The notes: a model not told the origin generated them from the letters alone. A DNA stretch of 64,000 bases from Nematocida ausubeli (GCF_000738915.1 NW_026515634.1:248001-312000); one strand, 5' to 3'. Positions 50,323 through 61,306 are shown, numbered from the stretch's first letter. Numbers and translations are program-made.

Positions 50323-50550
50323 ATGAATAGAAAAGGAAGGAAGAGAGCCGATCTATACGAAAAGCTGTATAAAAATATAAGAAGAAACGTAAAAGCATAT
50401 TACAAAAAGGAAACGGTGGATCTGATAAAGCTAAGGTACTCTGACATGTGGACAGAGAAGAGAAGCAATAAGGATAAAGAGATAGTGGTGGGAGAAACAC
50501 CCACAGATGTAGGAAAAGAAGTGTATTACATTGCAACAGACAATAAATAG
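50323..50550 (+). CDS. Small basic hypothetical protein (frame continues past TAG to 50670)
   Basis: 75-aa purine-rich ORF starting 7 bp after the upstream stop, in an AT-rich start context. Confidence 0.4.
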   Translation: MNRKGRKRADLYEKLYKNIRRNVKAYYKKETVDLIKLRYSDMWTEKRSNKDKEIVVGETPTDVGKEVYYIATDNK

Positions 50551-51217
50551 AGTAGAAGAAGGAAGAAGATCATTAGGAGGAAAGGACCAAAGTATGCAAC
50601 AACCATAGATCTACACTATGTGCATAATGAATATGCAGAACGTAATAATTGCATGCACGCAGATGAATAAAGGTCTCCTTGTGTGGGGCTAGACTTCTAT
50701 GTTTGTCTATATAAATACATAAATAAATGGATTTGGTAGAAGAAAGATGTTTAAATTATATTTGTCGGTGGGCAGCAGGGCATAAAGAAATATACACTAA
50801 TATATGGTTGTTGTATGTATTTTATAGATGAGAATTGTTTAATATACGCTTATAATTTATTCGAAGAAATAACAGACATACATACAAAGTACTACTTGCA
50901 GAGTATTAGCATACTGCATATCAGAGATGCTCTTTTTCTGTTGCAATTTTATTCTCTGTCAAGAACTGTCTCTGTAACTGTCTGTGCTCTGTGAGTTTTT
51001 ATTTTACCTACTATGTACTAAGCACATACTGCATAGAGTAGTTATAAAGATATTTATATTTTAGACACTGCTAAGTAAGACAGAAATATAATGGCGCTGT
51101 AGTATAGTACTAATCAGCCTAAAAGAGCAGATATTTCTTGCAATATAAGAAGCGGCTGCAGTGGTGCTGGTTCTTGGAAGATAAATATATATATAGCGGG
51201 TTTGGAAAAATTTGAAT

Positions 51218-52351
51218 ATGCAAATTATAAGTATAGCAGAGGAGAAGAAGATGTATAACACTGTAGAAGACGTGCAGGACTTAGTAGAAAGAATAAAGGA
51301 GTCAGCTGCCACACTCAAGGGAATAGACCTAAGCGAGAACTCTTTCTCACCGGAGGCACTGGAGCAAGTGCTTATTGAGCTGTCAAAGATAGAAGAGATT
51401 GAAACAGTTATTTTCAAAGGAATATTTACGCAGAGAGTGAAGGAACAAGTGTATCCCAGCCTGCAGAGCATTGTAAAATATATCACACCGCTAAAAAAGA
51501 TAGTCTACTTTGACATTTCAGACAATGCGCTCTCCTTTAATGGAATGGAAATACTTGCACCAATGATAGAGAAGATGCACGTGCTGAAGCATTTAGTAAT
51601 GAACAACAATGGAATAGGAATTGACGGAGGAGTATTTCTGGCAAAGGCGCTAGAAAATCTTTCAAAGGAAAGCACTGCACTGGAGTCTTTGGAGGTGGGA
51701 AGAAACCGGCTTGAGGAGTCAGCCACTAAGCTGGGGAAGGCACTGGAGCTCTTTCCATGCCTAGACTCTCTGAAAATATACCAGAACAGCATCAACACCA
51801 TTAACATAGGGAATCTTCTGACATCCTTAGGATGCTTAAGTATGCGGATTCTAGACATATCGGACAACTTCCTGCTGGAGTACGGGTCAAAGGTCCTTTC
51901 CGAGTCGATGAAAAACTGGCCAATTGAGTACATGAACATTGCAGACTGCATTATGTCAGACAAAGGGCTTGCAGTATTTGAAAGCGCACTGGTAGAGCAT
52001 ATATCTGTGCAGGGAGAGCTGATCTCAGAGAAGGAGATAGACATGTCTTACAACGATATAACAGAAGAGTCCGTCGATATTCTGCGCGCAATTGTAAGAA
52101 AGTCAAATGACACCAAGCTAGTTCTAACAGGAAATGAAATAGGAAAACAGGAGATGCAGCTAATAATGAAGGATGCAGAAAATACCACATGCGAGATAGA
52201 ATTTGAAGAGGAAGAGGATGACTTGATGTTCTCGTCAGAAGAAAAGGAAAAGACTATCTCTGATGAGGAGGATGTAATGCGAAAGCTAGAAGAGCAAATA
52301 TCTGAAATAACTCTAAAGAAAAGTGAAGAGAACACAAGCTTCTCTCAATGA
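51218..52351 (+). CDS. RNA1: Ran GTPase-activating protein (LRR)
   Basis: LRRs with IFTQR, DISDNAL, NNNGIG..GG and GRNRLE, plus an acidic tail. ATG at 51218. Confidence 0.92.
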   Translation: MQIISIAEEKKMYNTVEDVQDLVERIKESAATLKGIDLSENSFSPEALEQVLIELSKIEEIETVIFKGIFTQRVKEQVYPSLQSIVKYITPLKKIVYFDISDNALSFNGMEILAPMIEKMHVLKHLVMNNNGIGIDGGVFLAKALENLSKESTALESLEVGRNRLEESATKLGKALELFPCLDSLKIYQNSINTINIGNLLTSLGCLSMRILDISDNFLLEYGSKVLSESMKNWPIEYMNIADCIMSDKGLAVFESALVEHISVQGELISEKEIDMSYNDITEESVDILRAIVRKSNDTKLVLTGNEIGKQEMQLIMKDAENTTCEIEFEEEEDDLMFSSEEKEKTISDEEDVMRKLEEQISEITLKKSEENTSFSQ

Positions 52352-53100
52352 ATGCGGTCTAAAAGGGCAATCATTCCTCTTGCTAAAATAAACATTTAAT
52401 TCAAATTCAAACCTACCAATTTCTACGCACACAGGGCTGCTTGCAGAGCCGCCTATATTTATCATCTGCACGCGCTATAATAATACTCATACAAACTTAT
52501 ATAAAATATACATATTTGGCAAGATGCATGAAGTAGAAAAATAATCTTAAATATGCATGTTTTATTTAAGCATGCACATATAAATTAAAATTATTAAGGT
52601 TTGCACGCACATATCTTTAAAAAACACCTTCTTTTAAAAGAAATATCCTGAAAAGGCATATATTAAGTGCAATTCTGTCTCTTCTTCTACTGTAGTATGC
52701 TTTGTTTTCTATAGTATAGATGAATCCTTCATACCACACAAAACTAAACTAGGTAATCCACGGTATATGCGAGAGAACCTTTTAATATCTATTTTCCCTG
52801 CGTATAGGAATGTTTCATGTGCTAGTATGCAGAATCATTATTTATAAATTCATCTCTGTCTATGCTGATTTTATTTATTTACATGCATAGGAATACATCC
52901 AGTTTAGTACATAGAGCCTGAGACCTGTGGCTAAAGGGCACTAAAACACATATTATGATAGCGTACAAGACTGTGTAGCAGTAGACAAATAGATTTACAT
53001 TCAGTTTCTGCCACTTTTTGGACCACTCAGCTGCAGATTCTGTTTATATGTGGTTAAATCATAAAACACAAAAGGCATTCGAAAAGTTTATTTTTGCAAA

Positions 53101-54933
53101 ATGCCGTACAGAGCAACAACAGAAAAAGAAATGACCAAAGGAGAAGAGCCTCAACGAGGGGCAGAGGCAGAAATGCCTAAAAGTAGTGAAAGATGGATAA
53201 AGGGAAGCAAAGTGAGAAGTGTAAAAACCACCCATATATATAGTGGGATAGACGTGCAAACTCTAAAAAAGGTAGATTACATAGAAATGCCCATACAGAA
53301 GGACAGTGCTGAGAGGCTTGAACAGAACAGATGTATCATAGACAAAGAGTACTTGCCCACAGTGCTATACTTCTGGGTGGAAAAGGGCATTCTAACCATC
53401 ATATCCAAGCCAAGGGGGCAGCAGCTTCTTCCCATGCTGCTTTCAGGACGGGATCAGCGCATTTTCCCCGGTTCTATTCTGTGCAATATCTCCAGAAAGA
53501 TTCTGGAAACAGCTGCACAATTAGAGAGGGACCAGACAAAAAACAAAGTTACAATGGATAGCATCACTATTTCAGAAAAAGGTGAGATATACATACACAA
53601 TGACGGCATCTGGAAGGATATTGTTGAAGCATGCCCGTCCGAAACGCAGAACGAAGAGGAAAGACTGCGCGAGCTGGGCATGGCTCTTCTCTCACTGGGA
53701 ACCGGAGAGATGCTAGAGGGGGTTTCTATGTTCTCTGATATAGACATAGACAACGAAGAGATGCAGTGCAAAGTGCTTGAGCAGGTCATAAGGATCAGCA
53801 TTCCCTGTTTTAAAGAGGTAGTGCTTTCTCTGCTTGGAAATAAATATACCCCACAGCTTCTTGAAGAGACACTTGCACTCCACTTTTTCTACCCAGAAGA
53901 GGAGCAGGAGATAGAGCCGTGCCGGTGCGAGGCCGAGGACTATCTGAATGGAGGGGACATGGAGGAGATGTACTACAATGAAAAAGAGTTTGGGCAGAGC
54001 CAGAAGAAAACCGAAGAGATATACGACTCTGCGGCAGGCGTGTCCGTAAAGGCATCAACTCTTGATAAAACAAAGTTTGCATTCCAGATGCACTTTTTTA
54101 AGAGCAGCAAAAAAGTCTCTTTCTTCTTTAACAAAAATGCAGACACAGTTGCTAGTGTGGTGAAAGAGATGGAGGATGAAGGCCTTGCAGAGGAAAGTGA
54201 GATAGAGCTAATAAAGGCCCACATGGAAAATCTAATGATTAAAATAGGCGAGAGCACTGCAGATGAGACAAACGAAGAGAAAGAGCCAGAGACAAGCGGA
54301 CCAGCCGCCACACCAGTGTCTTTGACAGCTGGGGAGGAGAGCGACGCATTGAAAAAAGAAAAAGATGGAAGTGAAGCAGGCCCTGCGAGCACTACTACAC
54401 AGGTAGAAGGCTCGGAAGACAGCAGTGACTATTCCATGAAGGAGTTCAAGGATACGCAGCCTATCAGCGAGTTTGTTTCTGAGGTCGCCCTAGTTGCAAA
54501 GCGTGCAAAGAGCATAGCTGATGGATGGGCTGGGCTTCTGAGAAAACAGGACATCAAAACAGTGGGAGACCTGCGCATGCTTACAGAGGAGGACTGGGAA
54601 ATGCTTAAGCTTCCTGTCTTCGCCTCGCGGGCCATGAAGAACATTCTGTATGGAGAAGCATACACTCTCTTCCGGGAAAAGATGCTTGGAATTGACGAGC
54701 GCCTGAAAGAGTACGTGAATGAAAGCACAGTAGAAGATCTTCTATCAGAAACAGCCCAGAACCACGGAAGGCCTGAGATGTTTAATGTGTGGCTCCAGAA
54801 AGTCAAGTGCCAGGACATACGAACAGTTGGAGAGCTAAAGCTTCTAACAGAGGAAGACTGGGAGCAGCTGGATCTGTCGGTTTTCTCGTACCGGGCAATA
54901 CGAAATGCAATATTTAGGCACTGCAAATGCTAA
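53101..54933 (+). CDS. WNK/NRBP-related pseudokinase with CCT-like domain and two SAM-like repeats
   Basis: RWIK...IYSGIDVQT, LRELGMALLSLGTGE, L.LHFF, KKVSFFFNKNADTVASVVKEM, and the duplicated W...QDI(K/R)TVG(D/E)L..LTEEDWE.L.L.VF..RA unit. Confidence 0.65.
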   Translation: MPYRATTEKEMTKGEEPQRGAEAEMPKSSERWIKGSKVRSVKTTHIYSGIDVQTLKKVDYIEMPIQKDSAERLEQNRCIIDKEYLPTVLYFWVEKGILTIISKPRGQQLLPMLLSGRDQRIFPGSILCNISRKILETAAQLERDQTKNKVTMDSITISEKGEIYIHNDGIWKDIVEACPSETQNEEERLRELGMALLSLGTGEMLEGVSMFSDIDIDNEEMQCKVLEQVIRISIPCFKEVVLSLLGNKYTPQLLEETLALHFFYPEEEQEIEPCRCEAEDYLNGGDMEEMYYNEKEFGQSQKKTEEIYDSAAGVSVKASTLDKTKFAFQMHFFKSSKKVSFFFNKNADTVASVVKEMEDEGLAEESEIELIKAHMENLMIKIGESTADETNEEKEPETSGPAATPVSLTAGEESDALKKEKDGSEAGPASTTTQVEGSEDSSDYSMKEFKDTQPISEFVSEVALVAKRAKSIADGWAGLLRKQDIKTVGDLRMLTEEDWEMLKLPVFASRAMKNILYGEAYTLFREKMLGIDERLKEYVNESTVEDLLSETAQNHGRPEMFNVWLQKVKCQDIRTVGELKLLTEEDWEQLDLSVFSYRAIRNAIFRHCKC

Positions 54934-55701
54934 ACACAGTAAAAAAAGCGTATAGTTGCTAGTTTGAGCAAGGAATAAAGTTAGATATATATTTAAGCGA
55001 TCCGCACACATTCTATTATCTTTTTGTAATGCCTGGAAAGCTATTCAGTTTATCTGTTTTGTAGAGCACTATCCTTCCACTCTGAATCCTCTAGACAGTG
55101 CCTGCACTAACTCGGTACATTAATTGCTTTGCAGGCAGAAGGAGTTTTATAGAATGCGCTGTATACACAGAAGAGCAGGATCTCGTATAATAGCATTACT
55201 TTATAAGTGATATATCTCAGAGTTACCTAGGCTAGAGTCCATTGCACTGAAGCAAAAAGCCATCAAAAGGACCCGTTGGACAACTACAATCCTGCAAAGA
55301 AGACTAGGCCAGCTAGGGGTTTGGTTCCAAGACATCTCTATAACTTCAATATGTGTAGTTAAATAAATTCTATCTTGAATGAATATTAGTTAGCAGCAGT
55401 TGGAACTTTGAGCATAGCAGAGCCTTGCTACTATTTAAAGACACGTAATTTAAATGTGCGCCAGAGCAAAATATCTTCTGAGCAAGAACTTGTAGAAGAT
55501 AGGCTGGAACCTTGCTATGTTTAGTTCCTTTGGATACAATCTATGGATACAGAGATTGTTTTATAGCAAGCCTTGCAATTGGCTCATGTGTGTCAGGCCA
55601 CACTGCACAGAGCAAAAAAATCCAGCTCAGAAGTCAATTGGTGCAATATAAAACCCTAATGATAGAAGTTTTCTATAAATAAGGGCGCACTTTCAAAAAG
55701 C

Positions 55702-57324
55702 ATGAGAGAAATAAAAACTCTATTTGAGGACACAGAAAGAATAAGGAAGCTAATGAAGGTTATAGAAGGAAAAGGAGAGAGTATTCTCATTGACTACACA
55801 AAAACCCATATTGATGCGGATGACATGCAGAAGTGGCATGACAAGCTTGAGAAAATGGACATTGCAGGGAAAGTCAAGGAAATGTTCTCAGGGAAAAAAA
55901 TAAACTACACAGAAGACAGGCAAGTTCTCCATGTGAAGCTGCGCTCTTTAAGCGTAATACAGGCCATGCACACAGGAAAAGTAGACGGCCTGGACAAGGA
56001 GGAGCAGGAGATAGTCAAGGAGCTGGAGAAGATGCGAACCATCTGCAACGGGTTTGAGAGCGGATCCATGAAAGGCGCATCTGGGAAGCCCATCAGGAAT
56101 GTAATTGGAATAGGCATTGGAGGAAGTGATCTGGGCCCTCGCCTTCTCACATCTTCTCTTCCGCCTGCATCTGCAAACGTAGGAAAGGAGTTCAGGTATG
56201 TCTCAAATGTGGACTCTCAGGAGATCCATGCAGCCCTTACCAACATAAATCTTGAGGAGACTGTATTTGTAGTTGTGTCAAAAACATTTACAACACAGGA
56301 GACCCTGGAGAATGCAAAAATTGCTGTCTCCACTCTCCTATACAACTATCCAAAGGAGTGCAGTGAGAAAGAGATCATAAAAGCACACTTTTTGGCAGTA
56401 TCAGCTGCTAAGGATAAGGCTGCTGCATTTGGGATTGAGGAGTGCAATATTCTGGACATGTGGGACTATGTTGGAGGGCGGTATTCACTGTGGAGCTGTG
56501 TTGGTCTTACCTCTGCAATGAGCATAGGGTTTGATGCATTCCTGGAGCTTCTTTCCGGGGCCTCTGAGATAGACACACACTTCCTAAATACGCCTGTCTT
56601 AGACAACATTCCAATGCTTCACGCTATGGTTGAGTGCAAGTATATAAATGAGTACGGATACAATAACAAGTGCATTGTGCCATATGACTATTATATGAAG
56701 CTGTTCCCAGCATACTTGCAGCAGTGCGAGATGGAGAGCAATGGAAAGTCTGCCACACGCGCAGGACAGCAGCTTATTTCAGGGGAGTTCACAGAGAAAG
56801 GCGCTGAGCAGCAGACAGCTCCTATTGTTTGGGGGACACAGGGAACAGATGCGCAGCACTCCTACTTCCAGCTGCTTCATCAGGGGACAGTCCGGACTCT
56901 CTTAGAGTTCCTGATTCCAATTAACCCTCGGGTGGAAACTGAGAGGAGCAATACAGAGGGCCAGAGTGGCGTCTCCACATCACACGATGTGCTAGTCTCT
57001 AACTGCCTTGCGCAGTCAAGAGCACTTATGCTGGGGAAGGATGCAGAGGGAGACCGGTACTTTAGCGGTAATCGCCCATCTGTCACAATCATGTATAGCA
57101 ACCTCTCTGCCTACACGCTGGGCATGCTAATTGCAATATACGAGCATAAGATATTCATCCAAGGAAAGGTGTGGGACATCAACTCGTATGATCAGTTTGG
57201 TGTGGAGCTAGGCAAGGTGCTTGCAAAGGAAATCTTGTCTAAGGTTGAAGAGAAAGGGTCTGCTCTAGGATTCGACCCTTCAACAGATACTCTCCTTGGA
57301 TACTATCAGCAAAAAAGAAAATAA
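55702..57324 (+). CDS. PGI1: Glucose-6-phosphate isomerase
   Basis: GIGIGGSDLGP, SKTFTTQET, DYVGGRYSLWS, QHSYFQLLHQG and INSYDQFGVELGK motifs. Confidence 0.98.
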   Translation: MREIKTLFEDTERIRKLMKVIEGKGESILIDYTKTHIDADDMQKWHDKLEKMDIAGKVKEMFSGKKINYTEDRQVLHVKLRSLSVIQAMHTGKVDGLDKEEQEIVKELEKMRTICNGFESGSMKGASGKPIRNVIGIGIGGSDLGPRLLTSSLPPASANVGKEFRYVSNVDSQEIHAALTNINLEETVFVVVSKTFTTQETLENAKIAVSTLLYNYPKECSEKEIIKAHFLAVSAAKDKAAAFGIEECNILDMWDYVGGRYSLWSCVGLTSAMSIGFDAFLELLSGASEIDTHFLNTPVLDNIPMLHAMVECKYINEYGYNNKCIVPYDYYMKLFPAYLQQCEMESNGKSATRAGQQLISGEFTEKGAEQQTAPIVWGTQGTDAQHSYFQLLHQGTVRTLLEFLIPINPRVETERSNTEGQSGVSTSHDVLVSNCLAQSRALMLGKDAEGDRYFSGNRPSVTIMYSNLSAYTLGMLIAIYEHKIFIQGKVWDINSYDQFGVELGKVLAKEILSKVEEKGSALGFDPSTDTLLGYYQQKRK

Positions 57325-57926
57325 ATCATTTGAGAGTGTTTTATTCTTTAATTTATGTTTCCAGTAGACACCTCTTTTATATTAGTGCAATGTAGTAATT
57401 TTAAAATACAGTTATTTTAGATGGTTACACTAGATATACATGAAATATATGATCAGCATGTATATTTGGCGTGCTAAAAGGAAGTTTACAATGACTTCTA
57501 TACAAGAGAATGCATTCTTAAGTTTTGAATGAATCTTCCGTGTTTTCTATGCGAAGTTATTTAGCCTATTAAGACCAATAGCTTGCTAAAAAACAATAGA
57601 GGGAGAGAATGCAAAGATGTTTTAGACAGAAATTCTTTGGACACATTTATGTTTAAGTCTGCTGTTGCATGCAGCTAGCTTTAATCCAAAAACACAGCTT
57701 AAGAGCAGTAGAGCACTAGATAATAGAAGAGAAGCTAGGGTGTTCTTGCTGCATTTTCAATATGCATGCAGTGCAAATTATAAATGCAATGGAGTGCTCG
57801 ATGGAGAGTATGGCAGCACACACTGCCGCAGAAACTCACTTCAGAGGCACACCGCCGGTGAATACTCTCTATTTCTTCTGAATGTGCGTGCAAATATGTT
57901 AGTTGCCCGATTTCCTCTGTTCGTTG

Positions 57927-57960
57927 AAAATATTATTTCTTTTATTTTTTTGGTCCCTGT
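57927..57960 (+). promoter_or_regulatory. AT-rich tract plus CCC motif upstream of RPS6 start
   Basis: ...tttttggtCCCtgtATG. CCC-like motifs near start codons are a known microsporidian signal. Confidence 0.5.
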
Positions 57961-58662
57961 ATGAAACTTAGCATTGCAAATCCAGAAAGAACCACACAAA
58001 AGGTTATAGAGATCGAGCATAACGTAGAATCCGCTTTATACGAGAAGAGAATTATGGACGTCATTGAGGGCGAAATAATTGCTCCAGAGTGGAAAGGATT
58101 CCTCTTGCAGTTAACAGGAGGAACCGACAAACAAGGATTCCCAATGAAGCCCGGAGTTATGACACCAGACAGAGTAAGACTTCTGCTTAAGAAGAACGAC
58201 GTTGGGTTCAGATGCACTGAGAGAGGCCTTAGAAGAAGAAAGAGCGTCAGAGGAGATGTGGTCTCTGAGCACATTGGTGTGCTGAACTTGAAAGTAGTCA
58301 AGGAGGGCGAGCACGTCTTTGAGGGATTCAACGATGTAATCAACCCACTGACCAGAGGGCCAAAGAGAGCTTCAAAGATCAGAAAGCTCTTTGGACTTAG
58401 CAGCGATGTAATGAACTTGGAAGATTACGTCATTCCTCACGTAAAGACCACAAAGAGCGGTGAAACAAAGATCGTAAAGCCAAAGATCCAGAGACTAATC
58501 ACTGAGCAGCGCGTGCAGAGATGGCAAAACAGAATTGCTGAGAGAATTGAGAGACAGAAGCTTGCAAGAGAGAAGAAGGCTAAGTACTTCGCCATGATGA
58601 AGGAAAGAGGACTACTCACCAGCAGAAGTGAGGGATTCAAGACCAGGAGAACATCCGCATAA
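57961..58662 (+). CDS. RPS6: 40S ribosomal protein S6 (eS6)
   Basis: MKLSIANP, GGTDKQGFPMKPGV, RRRKSVRG, GPKRASKIRKLF and PKIQRLIT motifs. Confidence 0.98.
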   Translation: MKLSIANPERTTQKVIEIEHNVESALYEKRIMDVIEGEIIAPEWKGFLLQLTGGTDKQGFPMKPGVMTPDRVRLLLKKNDVGFRCTERGLRRRKSVRGDVVSEHIGVLNLKVVKEGEHVFEGFNDVINPLTRGPKRASKIRKLFGLSSDVMNLEDYVIPHVKTTKSGETKIVKPKIQRLITEQRVQRWQNRIAERIERQKLAREKKAKYFAMMKERGLLTSRSEGFKTRRTSA

Positions 58663-58824
58663 TAAACCCAAGTTATCTTACTTTTGCCTTTCTTCTATGT
58701 ACTGCAGTGTTTTCAATAAAGGCATAGCATGCTGTCACTTCTATTTATTTTTACCAATAGACAGTATATTATTATATTCTGCGCAGTTTGGCTTGGATAC
58801 CCGGCATAACGATTCTTTCAAGCT

Positions 58825-59814
58825 TTATTTTATTTCTCCCTCTTCTGTCTCGCTCAGCAGCCTCCTCTCCTCTTTTAGCCGGCAATACTCCGCCTCTAAG
58901 CACACTCCCAAATACGCTGCCTCTTCCCTTGCAGATGCACACTCTTTAAATGCCTCGCTGTAGAACTCGTGGATGCTGCTGCAAAGACCAGTGTCTGATG
59001 CCGTGCTATTGATTATTTCTATGATCTCCTGCGCTCTTCTTGCTCTGCTCTTTTTAAAAACAGCTTCTACAACAGGAGCAGGAAGTTCAACTATGCAGTC
59101 CTTTAGAGGCCCTGTGAATCTATTCTCTCTAATGCTCTGCTCTACTTCTGGCTCTTTAATGCAGCACTCCAGCATGGAGATATTAATTGGTACCTTCAGG
59201 CTTTTTTCTACACTGCAGTATATTCTCAGCGGATGGCTCTTTATATGCCTCTTTAGCTTCTGGTATTCTGCACATAGTACTATGTGACCAGAGTGCATCA
59301 TATAGTTGCATTCTGATAGATACTCTGCAATCCCCAGGAATATCACTGTCTTAGGCGCGTACTCTTCGTCTTCTATTAGTCTTCCAATCTCTAGAGCCTT
59401 TTCAATTATTACTTTGCACACCTCGCTTTTTGTCTTTCCTTCTTTTTTTCCTCTATTGGTGCACACTTCTATGATTGAAGGAGCCCCTATTTCATTAGCG
59501 TATTCCAGAACAGCATCTTTGGATAAATATTGCAATATTTTGTGACTGGGTACATATGCATTTTCCTTCAGTAGAATGTTTATCACGCAAATAGATGCCT
59601 CCTTATCCAAGTCAGCCATGACAGCCAATGAGTTTGTTTTGTTTAGAGCAACAATTGGTACATTCTGCCTCATGCAAAAACTATAGTTGCAGAATGATTT
59701 TCTATCTGTTATATACTGCTTCTCAGATAAAAAATGCTCTTGCGGGATTTCCACCCACCGACCCAGAGCATTGTCCTTTCTATAAATATTTCCTAGCGGG
59801 TCTACGTACTGCAT
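58825..59814 (-). CDS. Hypothetical protein
   Basis: 329-aa ORF with coding-like composition and a stop codon embedded in AATAAA. No family recognised. Confidence 0.7.
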   Translation of the reverse strand: MQYVDPLGNIYRKDNALGRWVEIPQEHFLSEKQYITDRKSFCNYSFCMRQNVPIVALNKTNSLAVMADLDKEASICVINILLKENAYVPSHKILQYLSKDAVLEYANEIGAPSIIEVCTNRGKKEGKTKSEVCKVIIEKALEIGRLIEDEEYAPKTVIFLGIAEYLSECNYMMHSGHIVLCAEYQKLKRHIKSHPLRIYCSVEKSLKVPINISMLECCIKEPEVEQSIRENRFTGPLKDCIVELPAPVVEAVFKKSRARRAQEIIEIINSTASDTGLCSSIHEFYSEAFKECASAREEAAYLGVCLEAEYCRLKEERRLLSETEEGEIK

Positions 59815-59923
59815 TCGCTATTTTAGAATAATTGGTTAACAAAAGACAAAAATACAAGTAAGAATGGTGGATTGATTTTTCAAATCTGTAGATAATAGAG
59901 TGGAGGAAAGTCAGGGGAAAGAA

Positions 59924-60430
59924 ATGGAGAGAACACAAAATAGTGAGGATTACAGGCAAGAGATTGAAAACACAACAAATATAAGAAAAAGAAAGGGAAG
60001 GAATCAGTCGGACGACCCAAACTCTATAGAATACTCAGATAGATACGATGAGTGGAGGAAAGAAGATCCAAATATGCTGCCATTCAATATCCTAGCTAAA
60101 TGTGCAGCAAAAGAGCTCAAATACTTAGTGGGAAAATCTCCTAGAAGAGAGCACAGTTCTGAAAGCCTGGTAACAACCTCTGACGACGAAAGCGATATTG
60201 GGGACATAGAGTTTCCGTATTCTTTCTCTGGTGACAGAAAGGTCTACAAGTGTACCTTCGATGGGTGCAAAAAAGAGTTTCCTTCTCTCAGCAGAATGCG
60301 AAGACATTATATAATACATACTGGCGCAAAGCCTTTTAAATGTTTGAATGCAAAGTGCACGAAATCGTTCTCTAGGAGAGACAATATGATACAGCACTAT
60401 AAGGGTCACTGTGTACATACAAAGATATAG
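59924..60430 (+). CDS. C2H2 zinc-finger transcription factor (two fingers)
   Basis: YKCTFDGCKKEF...RRHYIIH-TGAKP-FKCLNAKCTKSFSRRDNMIQHYKGH. ATG at 59924. Confidence 0.9.
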   Translation: MERTQNSEDYRQEIENTTNIRKRKGRNQSDDPNSIEYSDRYDEWRKEDPNMLPFNILAKCAAKELKYLVGKSPRREHSSESLVTTSDDESDIGDIEFPYSFSGDRKVYKCTFDGCKKEFPSLSRMRRHYIIHTGAKPFKCLNAKCTKSFSRRDNMIQHYKGHCVHTKI

Positions 60431-60480
60431 CCCAAATGGTATTTTTGTATAATAAATTGCCAAACTTTCTATATAGTTTT

Positions 60481-60509
60481 AAATTTTTCACACCCTAGCC
60501 AAATTTTTA
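60481..60509 (+). promoter_or_regulatory. AAATTT plus CCC motif upstream of RPS17
   Basis: AAATTTttcacaCCCtagccAAATTTttaATG matches described microsporidian initiation signals. Confidence 0.55.
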
Positions 60510-60878
60510 ATGGGAAGAGTCAGTTCAAAGCTTATAAAAAATGCATCCAAGCAGTTTGTTGAGAAACATTACGGAAACCTCACAGTTGACTTCTACGAGA
60601 ACAGAGATGTTCTGGAAGGTGTGTCCATCATTAAGGGAAAGAGAGTAAGAAACAAGATCGCAGGGTACTCCACCAGACTCATGAAGAGAATAAGATACGA
60701 GAAGGTAAAGGGTGTGTCTATTAGAGCCCAGGAAGAGGAGAGAGAAAGGAACGACAACTACGTCCCATCTGAGAGTATCATTGACGTCGAGAGAATCGAA
60801 GTTGACAACGTAACAATGGAAATGATAAAGGCAGTTGGACTAACAGGCAGCTTCTTTGTTCCATCCAACGAGGCATAA
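60510..60878 (+). CDS. RPS17: 40S ribosomal protein S17 (eS17), uninterrupted
   Basis: MGRV, DFYEN, KRVRNKIAGYSTRLMKRI and QEEERER.DNYVP motifs. Confidence 0.98.
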   Translation: MGRVSSKLIKNASKQFVEKHYGNLTVDFYENRDVLEGVSIIKGKRVRNKIAGYSTRLMKRIRYEKVKGVSIRAQEEERERNDNYVPSESIIDVERIEVDNVTMEMIKAVGLTGSFFVPSNEA

Positions 60879-61306
60879 ATAATCTAACAATAAAGAGTTC
60901 GCGAATATACGCCGTCTTTAGTTTTCTGTACGCGTTTTGAACACTGCTATTCATGCAAACCTTTTTCTATGCATTTCTTTTTGCTTCTTCCTTTCATGCT
61001 GTGTCTCTGCATATACATGCATCTTCTTACTTACTCGCGCATTGTAAGAAAATTAAAGAACAAATATGCAAAGAACAACTCTGCATTTTACATGCCTATT
61101 TGAAAAACCCCATAATATCAGAAGCATCGGTTCCAAACCCAATGAAACAATCAATATAACCTGAATGCTGCCCGTATAAAGAAGCATAAAGATGCTTTAT
61201 CAAAGTGTATTCTGCTAATACACCTTCGCATTAGAAGAATAAATAAAAGTGTTTTATAGAATATTATGCATTAGAGGAATACACTTGCATATTGAAAAAT
61301 GACCAT

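Noticed and set aside
60500..60530. Possible intron right after the RPS17 ATG, as in some other microsporidia
   Set aside because: ATG GGA AGA GTC reads straight into the conserved MGRV N-terminus, so no intron is needed.
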